Part shown: one piece after another, positions 22,449 through 32,030 of the stretch
How the letters are laid out: the number at the start of each line of letters is the position of its first letter
Position numbering within the stretch: position 1 is the first letter of the stretch
NCBI GenBank assembly: GCA_022842945.1
Contig: JALHOO010000001.1
Span: 93,830-157,829 of the forward strand
Reading direction: 5' to 3'
Source of the DNA: Minisyncoccota bacterium
GTDB taxonomy: Bacteria > Patescibacteriota > Minisyncoccia > Phycocordibacterales > Phycocordibacteraceae
DNA: 64,000 bases
Program-made: the position numbers and the translations under genes
Notes under the pieces: generated by a model
The model's database searches: none
The model's input: only the letters and a program-made list of their open reading frames with translations
Told to the model about the DNA's origin: nothing

Positions 22449-25400
22449 ATGGCACTACCTAACATGAATTCCGGAAAGCGTCCGATGATGTCTAAGAGTC
22501 GCGATTGGGACGCACTCCGTCTCTCTCTCGCCTCGCCTGAGCGTATCCTCTCTTGGAGCCGTGGCGAGATTACGAAGCCTGAGACCATCAACTACCGTAC
22601 CCAGCGCTCTGAGAAGCACGGGCTCTTCGACGAGAAGATCTTCGGTCCTGAGCGTGACTACGAGTGTTACTGCGGCAAGTACAAGGGTATTCGCTACAAG
22701 GGCATCGTCTGTGACAAGTGTGGTGTGGAAATCACCCGCTCTATCGTGCGCCGTGAGCGCATGGGACACATCGAGCTCGTAACCCCGGTTGCGCACATCT
22801 GGTTCCTTCGCTCGATGCCAAGCCGTATGGCACTTATTCTCGGTATCCCATCTGCGGACCTCGAGAAGGTGGTCTACTTCGCGGGCTACATCGTTACGAA
22901 AGTAAACGAGGACGTGAAGAAGCGCATGCTTGCGGAGCTTGAGAACGAGTACAAGACCAAGCACAAGGCATCAAACACTGACACTGAGCGCGATGCGCTT
23001 AAGGAGAAGATGACTGTTGCGAAGAATGAGATTGAGTCTGTGGTTGTCGGCAAGGTGTTCGACGAGATCATGTACCACCGCTTCTCGGTGCGCTACGGAA
23101 CACTCTTTGAGGCAAAGATTGGTGCAGAGGCTATTTACGACCTCTTCCGCAACTTGAAGCTCGACGACCTCAAGGTAAAGCTCGAAGAGCGCTACCCGAA
23201 GGCTGCCGCTGCTGAGCGCGAGAAGCTCGCAAAGCGCATCTCACTTGTTACCGCTATGATCGCGGCGAATATCCGCCCTGAGTGGATGTTCCTCACGAAG
23301 ATCCCGGTTATCCCGCCAGCGCTCCGCCCTATGGTGGCGCTTGAGGGAGGACGTCATGCGACCTCGGATGTTAACGACCTCTATCGTCGCGTTATCAACC
23401 GCAACAACCGCTTGAAGAAGCTCCTCGATATTCACGCACCGGAGGTTATCCTCCGCAACGAGAAGCGCATTCTTCAGGAGGCTGTGGACGCTCTCATGGA
23501 CAACTCTATCCGCAAGGGTGGAGCAGCCGGAGGCGCGATGACCCCTGCACAGCGTCGTCCACTCAAGTCACTCGCTGACTACCTTAAGGGTAAGCAGGGA
23601 TACTTCCGCCAGAACCTTCTTGGAAAGCGCGTGGACTACTCAGGACGTTCCGTTATTGTGGTCGGTCCTGACCTCGAGCTCGACGAGTGTGGTCTTCCAA
23701 AGCACATGGCGCTTGAGCTTTTCCGCCCATTCGTTATCGCAGGACTCCTTGATCGCGAACTCGCGTTCAACATCCGCGGAGCAGGCCGCCTCATTGAGGA
23801 CGGTGTTGCTGAAGTCTGGGAGATTCTTGAAGAAGCTATCCAGGGCAAGCACGTACTCCTTAACCGCGCCCCTACGCTTCACCGCCAGGGTATCCAGGCA
23901 TTCCGCCCGCGTCTTATTGAGGGCGACGCTATCCAGCTTCACCCACTCGTGTGTCCTGCGTTCAACGCAGACTTCGACGGAGACCAGATGGCTATCCACG
24001 TACCGCTTTCAGAAGAGGCACAGTGGGAGGCAGCGAACGTTATGTCCGCGAACAAGAACATTCTGAAGCCAGGTTCTGGAGAAATGATTGTCATGACCCA
24101 GAAGCCGCTCGACATCGTTCTTGGAACCTACTGGCTTACAAAGATGATGGCAGGTTCAAAGGGAGAGGGAAGCTACTTCCAGTCTCCAAACGCTGCTATC
24201 CTCGCACACGAGTATGGTGCGGTTGATCTTCGCGCATCTATCCACGTGCTTCCGGTTGCCGGAAAGCCGAAGTACGCAGTTATGGGTGACGGTATCTTCG
24301 AGACAACCGTGGGACGCCTTCTCTTTAACACCGTTCTTCCTGCGGACTATCCGTATGTGAACGAGGCTATCTCGAAGAAGGTTATTACGGGCATCATGAG
24401 CGCGTGTATCGACAAGTACGGTATCGACTCTATCCCAGGCATCGTGAACAAGGTGAAGCGTTTCGGATTCGAGTACGCAACCAAGTCTGGTGTTACCTGG
24501 TCTCTGGACGACGTGTCGGTGCCTGAGGGCAAGGACCCAATTGTGGCAGGAGCTCGCACCAAGGTTGCTAAGATTGAAGGCGACTTCAAGGATGGTCTTC
24601 TCTCTGCGGAAGAGAAGCGCCGCATGATCATCGAGGTCTGGCACGCAGCTAAGACTGAGGTTGAAACGCTCGTTGAGGCTGCGCTTGATCCAACCGGATC
24701 GGTGCATGACATGGTGCGCTCTGGCGCTCGTGGTTCCATCGGAAACCTCACGCAGATGGCAGGTATGAAGGGTCTCATCCAGAACACTGCCGGCGAGACT
24801 ATCGAGGTGCCTATCGTGTCCTCGATGACGGAGGGACTCAACCCGGTTGAGTACTTCATGTCCACCCACGGTGCGCGTAAGGGTCTCACCGACACCGCGC
24901 TTGGTACCGCACGTGCCGGATACCTCACACGTCGCTTGTTCGACGTTGCGCAGGACTCCATCATCACGGAGCAGGATTGTGCAACGAAGCGTGGCATCAC
25001 CATCAACCGTGTGTCCGCTTCCGGCATTAAGATCGACTTCGGAGAAGCAGTTCGTGGACGCACACTCGCTGCAGACGTTGCGGGCCTCAAGAAGGGCAAG
25101 TACATCTCAGCAGAAGAGTCACAGCTTATTGCTAGCGACGAGACTATCGCATCTGTATCGGTTCGTTCACCTATGTCCTGCGAGACCCGCTACGGCATCT
25201 GTGCAACCTGTTACGGTATGGATCTCTCAAGCCAGCTCCCGGTTGATCTTGGAGAGGCGGTAGGAACCGTTGCTGCACAGGCTATCGGCGAGCCGGGAAC
25301 TCAGCTCACGATGCGTACCTTCCACGCGGGAGGAACGGCCTCTGTTGGAGGAGACATTACCTCGGGTCTTCCTCGTATTGAGGAGGTGTTCGAGAAGCGT

Positions 25401-26171
25401 TCTCCGAAGAACTCAGCAGCCGTATCGAAGTTCGATGGCGTTATTGTTGAGATGCGTGACCAGGGACGCGACAAGGTACTGGTCGTTACTCCCGAGAAGG
25501 GACAGGGCAAGAAGGACGGCTCGAACACCGAGTACCTCCTCTCCTACCCTCGCCAGGCACTTGTTAAGGAAGGGGACTCTGTTAAGAAGGGCCAGCTCCT
25601 TTCTGACGGATCCGCTGACCTTGATGAGCTCTTCGAGCACGCAGGTCGCGCGATGGTACAGGAGTACATCATTGCGGAGACTTCGAAGATCTACGAGCTT
25701 CAGGGAGCGAGCGTATCCCGCAAGCACCTTGAGGTTATCGTGAAGCGAATGTTTGCTAACGCGAAGATCACGGAGACCGGAGACTCAGACTACTCAGTGG
25801 GCGACGTGGTTGAACACTGGGAGTTCGAGGAAGAGGTGAAGGCTATGGAGGAGGAAGGAAAGATCGCGCCGAAGGCGAAGGAAATGGTACTCGGTATCAA
25901 GACCTCCGCACTCTCACGTCGTTCGTTCCTCTCCGCAGCGTCCTTCGAGCAGACCACAAAGATTCTTATCGACGCATCGCTCCGCGGTTCCGTTGATACG
26001 CTTCGCGGTCTTAAGGAGAACGTTATCCTCGGCCGCCTTATCCCCGCGGGAACAGGCTTCGCAGGATCGAAGAAGTTCGAGGCAATTGCTGCCATGCAGG
26101 CACGTCGCGCTGTTGAACAGCAGCGTGCTGAAGCAGAGCGTCTTGCGCTTGAGGAGCAGGCAACTGCGTAA
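22449..26171 (+). CDS. rpoC: RNA polymerase beta' subunit
   Basis: KPETINYRT, NLLGKRVDYSGRSVI, NADFDGD, IGEPGTQLTMRTFH. Confidence 0.99.
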   Translation: MALPNMNSGKRPMMSKSRDWDALRLSLASPERILSWSRGEITKPETINYRTQRSEKHGLFDEKIFGPERDYECYCGKYKGIRYKGIVCDKCGVEITRSIVRRERMGHIELVTPVAHIWFLRSMPSRMALILGIPSADLEKVVYFAGYIVTKVNEDVKKRMLAELENEYKTKHKASNTDTERDALKEKMTVAKNEIESVVVGKVFDEIMYHRFSVRYGTLFEAKIGAEAIYDLFRNLKLDDLKVKLEERYPKAAAAEREKLAKRISLVTAMIAANIRPEWMFLTKIPVIPPALRPMVALEGGRHATSDVNDLYRRVINRNNRLKKLLDIHAPEVILRNEKRILQEAVDALMDNSIRKGGAAGGAMTPAQRRPLKSLADYLKGKQGYFRQNLLGKRVDYSGRSVIVVGPDLELDECGLPKHMALELFRPFVIAGLLDRELAFNIRGAGRLIEDGVAEVWEILEEAIQGKHVLLNRAPTLHRQGIQAFRPRLIEGDAIQLHPLVCPAFNADFDGDQMAIHVPLSEEAQWEAANVMSANKNILKPGSGEMIVMTQKPLDIVLGTYWLTKMMAGSKGEGSYFQSPNAAILAHEYGAVDLRASIHVLPVAGKPKYAVMGDGIFETTVGRLLFNTVLPADYPYVNEAISKKVITGIMSACIDKYGIDSIPGIVNKVKRFGFEYATKSGVTWSLDDVSVPEGKDPIVAGARTKVAKIEGDFKDGLLSAEEKRRMIIEVWHAAKTEVETLVEAALDPTGSVHDMVRSGARGSIGNLTQMAGMKGLIQNTAGETIEVPIVSSMTEGLNPVEYFMSTHGARKGLTDTALGTARAGYLTRRLFDVAQDSIITEQDCATKRGITINRVSASGIKIDFGEAVRGRTLAADVAGLKKGKYISAEESQLIASDETIASVSVRSPMSCETRYGICATCYGMDLSSQLPVDLGEAVGTVAAQAIGEPGTQLTMRTFHAGGTASVGGDITSGLPRIEEVFEKRSPKNSAAVSKFDGVIVEMRDQGRDKVLVVTPEKGQGKKDGSNTEYLLSYPRQALVKEGDSVKKGQLLSDGSADLDELFEHAGRAMVQEYIIAETSKIYELQGASVSRKHLEVIVKRMFANAKITETGDSDYSVGDVVEHWEFEEEVKAMEEEGKIAPKAKEMVLGIKTSALSRRSFLSAASFEQTTKILIDASLRGSVDTLRGLKENVILGRLIPAGTGFAGSKKFEAIAAMQARRAVEQQRAEAERLALEEQATA

Positions 26172-26187
26172 CCAAAGCGTTTTAGAG

Positions 26188-26223
26188 AAAACACAGCCCG
26201 CTCGAAAGAGCGGGCTGTGTTTG
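26188..26223 (+). terminator. rpoBC terminator
   Basis: AAAACACAGCCCGCTC-GAAA-GAGCGGGCTGTGTTT. Confidence 0.85.
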
Positions 26224-26281
26224 TATATGAAGAAACCCCGCAAGAAGACGGGGCTTCCTGCGGGGCCTAGTGTCTGGGGTA

Positions 26282-26677
26282 TTACCCGGGCGGTTTCGGA
26301 AAGTTCCTGGCGATAGCCTCCATTCGTTTTTGTTTCTCGATGTCGCGCCTGAAGTAGTCGACCCAGTTGAGGTACGCGATGCGTGTGCATCGGTCCTCAA
26401 CTGTTTCGGCCCAGGCTTCCAGGGAAGCGACCTTCTGAACGTACTCAGGACTCAGTCGGTTCTCGCTGCCGAAGAAGCTCAGAGGCAGAGAGCGGGCCGC
26501 CGCCGAACTGAGTGCATCTGAATCCGGACAGGTGAACGAGGTCAGTGCATTGAAGGTCGTGCGCGGTGCGTATCCCAGTGACAAGCCACTTCCGGCAATT
26601 ACAAGCATAATCAGAGAACCGACCCCAACCATAAGGCAAGAGGTGTTGATGATAAAGGAACGTAAACCGTTCTTCAT
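26282..26677 (-). CDS. Orphan protein with N-terminal TM, paralog 1
   Basis: AAGGAGG SD; LTSFTCP...ASLEAW...EDRCTR shared with 26851-27222. Confidence 0.75.
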   Translation of the reverse strand: MKNGLRSFIINTSCLMVGVGSLIMLVIAGSGLSLGYAPRTTFNALTSFTCPDSDALSSAAARSLPLSFFGSENRLSPEYVQKVASLEAWAETVEDRCTRIAYLNWVDYFRRDIEKQKRMEAIARNFPKPPG

Positions 26678-26850
26678 TGTCGAGGCCCCTCCTTAGGGCG
26701 ATTGAATGATTCCTTTAAAATAATGCACCGAATGCCTGTATTTGTCAATACCTATCGGTCGCGACTACGCTTCTGAGGCAGGTGGCGTGTTCGTACGTGA
26801 CGAAGCCCCGCAGGAAGCGAGGCTTCCTGCGGGGCGAGAGTCCTGTATGG

Positions 26851-27222
26851 CTAGTACGGCGCTCGGGGAGCTGTTTCGGTAAGAACGTTCACACGTTCCT
26901 GTCGGTCGGCTCCTCTGCTGTAGCGGTAGATCTCGGCAAGGTGAGCGGTACGCGCACACCGATCCTCGATAGATGAGGTCCATGCCTCTAAAGAGGCGAG
27001 CCTCTGTCTTCGTTCCTCAGCCGGTAGATACTTGATTGCGTAGAACGGTCGTTGCGCTATCGAGCTATGTGCGTCGTAGTTCGGACAGGTAAACGAGGTC
27101 AGGTGATTCAGAGATTCGCGGGGTGTGTGTCCCATGAGTGCGTGGGCTCCGAAGAACCCGCTCAGCATCAGCAGGAACGCCGCGAAGACATAATCCGAGA
27201 TCAAGAAAACAACTTTCTTCAC
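26851..27222 (-). CDS. Orphan protein with N-terminal TM, paralog 2
   Basis: AAGGAGG SD, GTG start; LTSFTCP...ASLEAW...EDRCAR. Confidence 0.75.
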   Translation of the reverse strand: MKKVVFLISDYVFAAFLLMLSGFFGAHALMGHTPRESLNHLTSFTCPNYDAHSSIAQRPFYAIKYLPAEERRQRLASLEAWTSSIEDRCARTAHLAEIYRYSRGADRQERVNVLTETAPRAPY

Positions 27223-27337
27223 GGCAGCAGCCCCTCCTTCGGGCGGTTTGGTGGTTCCTTAAAGACAATGCACCCAACTCTTTTTGTCGTCAATAAATGG
27301 GTAAACAAAAGACCGCGTTCTGCGGTCTTAAGTTGGA

Positions 27338-27526
27338 TTAGCGATGTGCTGTTTCTTTCTTACGTGCTGTCACGAAGATAGAGAGCAGCACAAGCGCCGC
27401 GAGGATCGAGAGAAAGATATACCCTCGAGCCTCTTTCCACGAGATGTTGTTGTGGAGGAAGTCGAGAGTGTTTCCAAGAAACACAGCGACCGTAACCGCA
27501 ACAGCAATAATAAAGAGCGCACGCAT
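27338..27526 (-). CDS. Small 2-TM orphan protein (62 aa)
   Basis: MRALFIIAVAVTVAVFLG...SWKEARGYIFLSILAALVLLSIFVTARKK; AAAGGG SD, TTGACG upstream, terminator after. Confidence 0.65.
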   Translation of the reverse strand: MRALFIIAVAVTVAVFLGNTLDFLHNNISWKEARGYIFLSILAALVLLSIFVTARKKETAHR

Positions 27527-27662
27527 AGGAAATCCCTTTCTAATGGAGGTGACGTTTCTCTTTCCATATAACCGCGGGCAGGGGAGGAGCGTCAAAGAGT
27601 GCGTGTGCATAAGAAAACACCACCCAGAGGACCTAGGTGGGTCTTCTTGGGTGGTGTTGTGG

Positions 27663-27839
27663 TCAGCGCTTTCTCCACGGCTGAATCAGGGTGAGGACGC
27701 AGATCACGCCTGCACCTGCGCCCAAAACGCTGGACTGGAATGCGGTGTCCCAGTTCTGGTCTGTCAGGGCGATGATGCCGTAGCAGAGCAAGAAGGGAAT
27801 TCCTATGCCGCCAGCGATGTACAGCAGAGTCTTTAACAT
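27663..27839 (-). CDS. Small 2-TM orphan protein (58 aa; not in ORF track)
   Basis: TTGACA-17-TATGAT, GGAG SD; MLKTLLYIAGGIGIPFLLCYGIIALTDQNWDTAFQSSVLGAGAGVICVLTLIQPWRKR*. Confidence 0.7.
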   Translation of the reverse strand: MLKTLLYIAGGIGIPFLLCYGIIALTDQNWDTAFQSSVLGAGAGVICVLTLIQPWRKR

Positions 27840-27940
27840 GAAGTAGCTCCAGTTGATCTGTGTATATCATAGTATATATAATGAGTATTGTCAATTAACC
27901 ATACATGATTCTAGATACGCGCTAAAATAGAGAGAAGCAC

Positions 27941-29644
27941 ATGGATACCGTTGAACAGATAAAGGCGAAGCTCTCTATCCTTGAGGTAGTAGCACCCTAC
28001 GTGAAGCTCACGAAGTCAGGTCGCAACTATAAGGGGCTCTCTCCCTTCAATAAGGAGAAGACCCCATCGTTCTACGTGAACGTTGAGCGCGGTACCTACT
28101 ACTGCTTCTCCTCAAGCCAAGGCGGAGACCAGTTCCAGTTCATACAGCAGATGGAGGGCGTGGATTTCAAGGGAGCGCTCAAGATCCTCGCTGAGAAAGC
28201 AGGGGTTGAGATTGTGTATCAAGGGAGTGGCGAGTCAAAAGCAGACAAGGACAAGCGAGATCGTTTGTACGAAGCTATGGCGCGTGCAGAGGCGCTCTAC
28301 GCAGAAGCGCTTCTGCAAGGAAAGGGTATAGAGGGAAGTGCGTACTCCTACGCACTCTCCCGCGGGCTCACAGAGGAAACCATAAAGACCTGGAACCTCG
28401 GCTACGCACCTGATGCATGGCGCACGGTACTTGAGTCTCTCATGTCTGCCGGCTTTACGAATGCAGAACTGGTCCAGGCTGGACTCGTTAAGGAAGCGGA
28501 CGAGAAGAAGGGCACCTGGTACGACCGGTTCCGGAACCGCCTCATGTTCCCGATACGCGATTCGGCCGGACGCACCGTTGCCTTTACGGGTCGCGCTCTA
28601 GACTCTGCGGATCTCGCGAAGTATCTCAACTCTCCAGAGACTGACCTGTACAAGAAGTCAGAGATTCTCTTTGGCATGGACAAGGCGAAGGATGCGATAC
28701 GTCAGAGAGGATTCGCACTTCTTGTTGAGGGACAGATGGATCTTTTGCATTTGCATCAGATAGGGTTCCAGAATACCGTTGCGCTCTCCGGTACTGCGCT
28801 TACGCCCCAGCACCTTTCCTTAATGAAGCGGTACGCAGACAACGTGATGCTTGCGCTCGACTCAGACCGTGCGGGCCTTAACGCATCTATGAAGAGCGCC
28901 ATAGCGGCTCTTCGGGCTGGCATGCGTGTGAAGGCAGTACACCTTCCGCCAGGGAAGGATCCGGCAGACCTCGCTCTTGAGGACCCCAAGGGTTTAACTA
29001 CTCGCATCAAGGACGCTACGCCTATCGTTGAGTTCTTCCTGTCGGTGCTCGCAGAGAACGAGAAGGACTCGCACCGTCTCGTTATCCTCGTTGAGAAGAC
29101 CGTCCTTCCGCTCATAAGTGCCATACAGAGCCCAATGGAGCAGGAGCATTTCGTAGGAGTTGCTGCACGTTCTCTTGGATCAACCCCCGAAGCTATCCGG
29201 GCTGGACTTAACCGCCTTCCAAAGGAAGGGCAGGCGGAGAGGGCTCCTGAGACACCCTTTAAGCCTCAAGTGCGGGTTGAGGTACCCCTTAAAGCCAGCG
29301 AGCGGCACGAGCTTAATTTGAGGGCTGTAGCGGCCTGTTATGCGGGCTCTTCCCTTGCGGCACGGCTTGAAAGTGAGTATAATCGCATTATCGGCGTACC
29401 GTTCCCGGATGTGCCCCCTCCCGAAGACATGATCTTCGAGGCAGGAATAGCTTTTGGCGAGGCCCCCGGAGAAACAGACGCGGACGATCTCATCGTCGCA
29501 TTCGAGAAGGCACTTTTAGCGGAGCAGCTCCAGGCTGCTACCGCTCGCTTGCGCGTTGCAGAGGCGTCCCGCGACGAGACCTCAATCAAAGAGATAGGAC
29601 AGGAGTGCGAAGAACTCCGCAAGAAACTCGCTACCTTTTCATAG
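27941..29644 (+). CDS. dnaG: DNA primase
   Basis: EKTPSF, DRFRNRLMFPI, KYLNSPET, LVEGQMD, ALDSDRAG, GKDPAD. Confidence 0.96.
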   Translation: MDTVEQIKAKLSILEVVAPYVKLTKSGRNYKGLSPFNKEKTPSFYVNVERGTYYCFSSSQGGDQFQFIQQMEGVDFKGALKILAEKAGVEIVYQGSGESKADKDKRDRLYEAMARAEALYAEALLQGKGIEGSAYSYALSRGLTEETIKTWNLGYAPDAWRTVLESLMSAGFTNAELVQAGLVKEADEKKGTWYDRFRNRLMFPIRDSAGRTVAFTGRALDSADLAKYLNSPETDLYKKSEILFGMDKAKDAIRQRGFALLVEGQMDLLHLHQIGFQNTVALSGTALTPQHLSLMKRYADNVMLALDSDRAGLNASMKSAIAALRAGMRVKAVHLPPGKDPADLALEDPKGLTTRIKDATPIVEFFLSVLAENEKDSHRLVILVEKTVLPLISAIQSPMEQEHFVGVAARSLGSTPEAIRAGLNRLPKEGQAERAPETPFKPQVRVEVPLKASERHELNLRAVAACYAGSSLAARLESEYNRIIGVPFPDVPPPEDMIFEAGIAFGEAPGETDADDLIVAFEKALLAEQLQAATARLRVAEASRDETSIKEIGQECEELRKKLATFS

Positions 29645-29674
29645 CATTCGATTACTCGTTTGAACTCTACTCAC

Positions 29675-30961
29675 ATGGCAACCTCAAAGAAGCCAGCCAA
29701 GAAGGCTGTTGTTAAAAAAGCAGTGAAGAAGGCCGCCCCAAAGAAGGTGGTTAAAAAGGCTGTGAAGAAAGTCGCAAAGAAAGCCGCACCTAAGAAGGTG
29801 GTGAAGAAAGTGGCTGCCGCTAAGAAGCCTGCAAAGAAGGTGCTTCTTAAGAACATTGTGCGTGTTGCGGCAACGGGTGCTAAGGCGAAAGCTGCTGCAC
29901 AGAAGATGGACAAGGGCGACATGCTCATCCAGAAGGGAAAGGAGCGCGGATACATCACCTACTCTGAGATCCTTAAGGAGTTCCCGCATGTTGAGGACGA
30001 CATCATGTTCCTCGACGAGCTCTACGAGAAGTTCACCACCGCAGGCATCGACATTCTTGAGGGGGGTATGCTCGCAGACGATACGGACCAGTACCTGGCC
30101 ACCCGCAACATAAAGAGTCGTGACTCTGGTGCATACGACTCCATCCAGATCTACCTTCGCGAGATTGGACAGTACCCGCTTCTAACAGCGTCTGAAGAGC
30201 GCGAGCTCGCCCAGCGCATTGAGCGCGGGGACGACGAAGCGCGCAACATTCTTGCTCGCTCGAACCTTCGTCTCGTTGTGTCTATTGCAAAGAAGTACGT
30301 AGGACGCTCTCCGGACCTAACCCTCCTCGACCTTATCCAGGAAGGAAACCTTGGTCTCTTCAAGGCCGTAGACAAGTTCGACTGGAACAAGGGATTTAAG
30401 TTCTCAACCTACGCTACGTGGTGGATTCGCCAGGCTATAACCCGCGCGCTCGCAGACCAGTCTCGTACCATCCGCATCCCGGTGCACATGGTTGAAACTA
30501 TCGCGAAGTACAAGCAGGTATCCCGCCGCCTCGCTCAGGTGCTCGGACGCGATCCGCAGCCTGAGGAGATAGCTATTGAGATGGGTGTGGAGGTAGACAA
30601 GATCTACCAGATTGAGAAGATCAATCAGGACACGCTCTCTCTTGAGAATCCTATTGGTTCCGATGACGACCAGAACTCAACGCTCGGCGACTTCATCGCG
30701 GACGACAAGATTCCTTCTCCAATCCAGGAGTCTTCGGAGCGTATTCTTGGAGAGCAGGTGCGCGACATTCTTGAAGACCTCTCTCCAAAGGAGCGCAAGA
30801 TTCTTGAGATGCGCCATGGACTCCTAGACGGTGTGTACCACACGCTTGAAGAGGTTGGGAAGGAGTTTGGGGTTACGCGTGAGCGTATCCGCCAGATTGA
30901 GGCGAAGGCGCTTGAGAAGATCAGGACGCATGAGAAGAGTAGGAGGTTGAAGTCCTATTAA
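29675..30961 (+). CDS. rpoD: Primary sigma70 factor with histone H1-like Lys/Ala N-terminus
   Basis: [63 protein letters not shown]. Confidence 0.97.
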   Translation: MATSKKPAKKAVVKKAVKKAAPKKVVKKAVKKVAKKAAPKKVVKKVAAAKKPAKKVLLKNIVRVAATGAKAKAAAQKMDKGDMLIQKGKERGYITYSEILKEFPHVEDDIMFLDELYEKFTTAGIDILEGGMLADDTDQYLATRNIKSRDSGAYDSIQIYLREIGQYPLLTASEERELAQRIERGDDEARNILARSNLRLVVSIAKKYVGRSPDLTLLDLIQEGNLGLFKAVDKFDWNKGFKFSTYATWWIRQAITRALADQSRTIRIPVHMVETIAKYKQVSRRLAQVLGRDPQPEEIAIEMGVEVDKIYQIEKINQDTLSLENPIGSDDDQNSTLGDFIADDKIPSPIQESSERILGEQVRDILEDLSPKERKILEMRHGLLDGVYHTLEEVGKEFGVTRERIRQIEAKALEKIRTHEKSRRLKSY

Positions 30962-30962
30962 A

Positions 30963-31436
30963 ATGACAGAGAAGGCAAAGAGTACAAAAGAGCTGGAGAA
31001 GACCGTTGATGACGGTGCTTCGATAACCAGTGATTTGCCTGCCGATAAGACAGTTAATAGGTCTAGCTTTTCAAGTTGGAGTCGTGCGATACCGCCTGCA
31101 GAGCTAAAAAAGCCGGACGTAGCTCGTGCGATAGCGAAGATGCTTCTCATGCTCAATGATGACCTTCAACGTGATCTTGAGAAGGCCCATCCATTTGAGG
31201 CTAAATTCTATGAGGCCGATAAGCGTACAGAAGTGCTCAAGGAGAGAATACGTGGCCTGCAAAAATCGGTCGGTGTAAAGGTACTATTCTCCTCTGCGGG
31301 CTTTGGCCTCGTGGGCTTTTCACCGTTCCTTTGGGACAAATATGTTCCACTATTTATACTGGCCATAGCTTTAGGAATCGTACTCATTGTCGTCGGTTAC
31401 TTCATAAAGGATATAAGTGACAAATTCGAAAAGTAA
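30963..31436 (+). CDS. Hypothetical protein: coiled coil + 2 C-terminal TM helices (island)
   Basis: ORF starts right after the rpoD stop; lower GC; hydrophobic C-terminal pair. Confidence 0.7.
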   Translation: MTEKAKSTKELEKTVDDGASITSDLPADKTVNRSSFSSWSRAIPPAELKKPDVARAIAKMLLMLNDDLQRDLEKAHPFEAKFYEADKRTEVLKERIRGLQKSVGVKVLFSSAGFGLVGFSPFLWDKYVPLFILAIALGIVLIVVGYFIKDISDKFEK

Positions 31437-31440
31437 ATCT

Positions 31441-31824
31441 ATGCAGATTGAAATTAAGAAAATTGTAGATAGAGATCTCCTGGAGCAAGAAAGAGCAGTT
31501 CTTGGTGTAGTTTCTGATACTTTCTTAGGAAATTTTGCGATATTCCAAACTCACTCAAACTCATCCGGAACTGTATCAACACAGATAAAAAGAACATATT
31601 GGTTTCCAGATCGGGATGTGAAGGCTGGCGATATAATTGTTATTTATACTAAGTCTGGGAAGAATAAAGTGCGTGACAATGACGATGGTACTCAGTCACA
31701 TTTCTTCTATCTTGGAAAGGATGCGCCAATTTGGAAAGACGATTCCTCAGCACTGGCAATAATTAATATCCTTGAGTGGGACTATAAAACGGCTGATGGA
31801 AAAGGAGGGAGAGAAAAGATTTAG
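31441..31824 (+). CDS. Hypothetical beta-sandwich (lamin-tail-like) protein (island)
   Basis: EQERAVL...YWFPDRDVKAGDIIVIYTKSG...FYLG..PIW resembles the lamin-tail domain pattern; 4 nt after previous ORF. Confidence 0.6.
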   Translation: MQIEIKKIVDRDLLEQERAVLGVVSDTFLGNFAIFQTHSNSSGTVSTQIKRTYWFPDRDVKAGDIIVIYTKSGKNKVRDNDDGTQSHFFYLGKDAPIWKDDSSALAIINILEWDYKTADGKGGREKI

Positions 31825-32030
31825 ACCACATGGGCTATTTTTAGATTGGTATAAGAAACTTGTTAGTCACCCTTAAATAAGGTGGTCGATCACGCCTGCA
31901 TGGACCTTGCGATCTAACTGAGCAAAATCTAAGCCTTAAATACTGTATATATTCTTACAGTCGGGAAGTGGGGTAGAATACTGTGACAAAGACTTAGTAG
32001 GAATGCTGCCAAAAAGACCCCAAGAAATTT

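Noticed and set aside
31942-31961. E. coli-type LexA SOS box
   Set aside because: Spacing is CTGT-N10-ACAG, not CTGT-N8-ACAG
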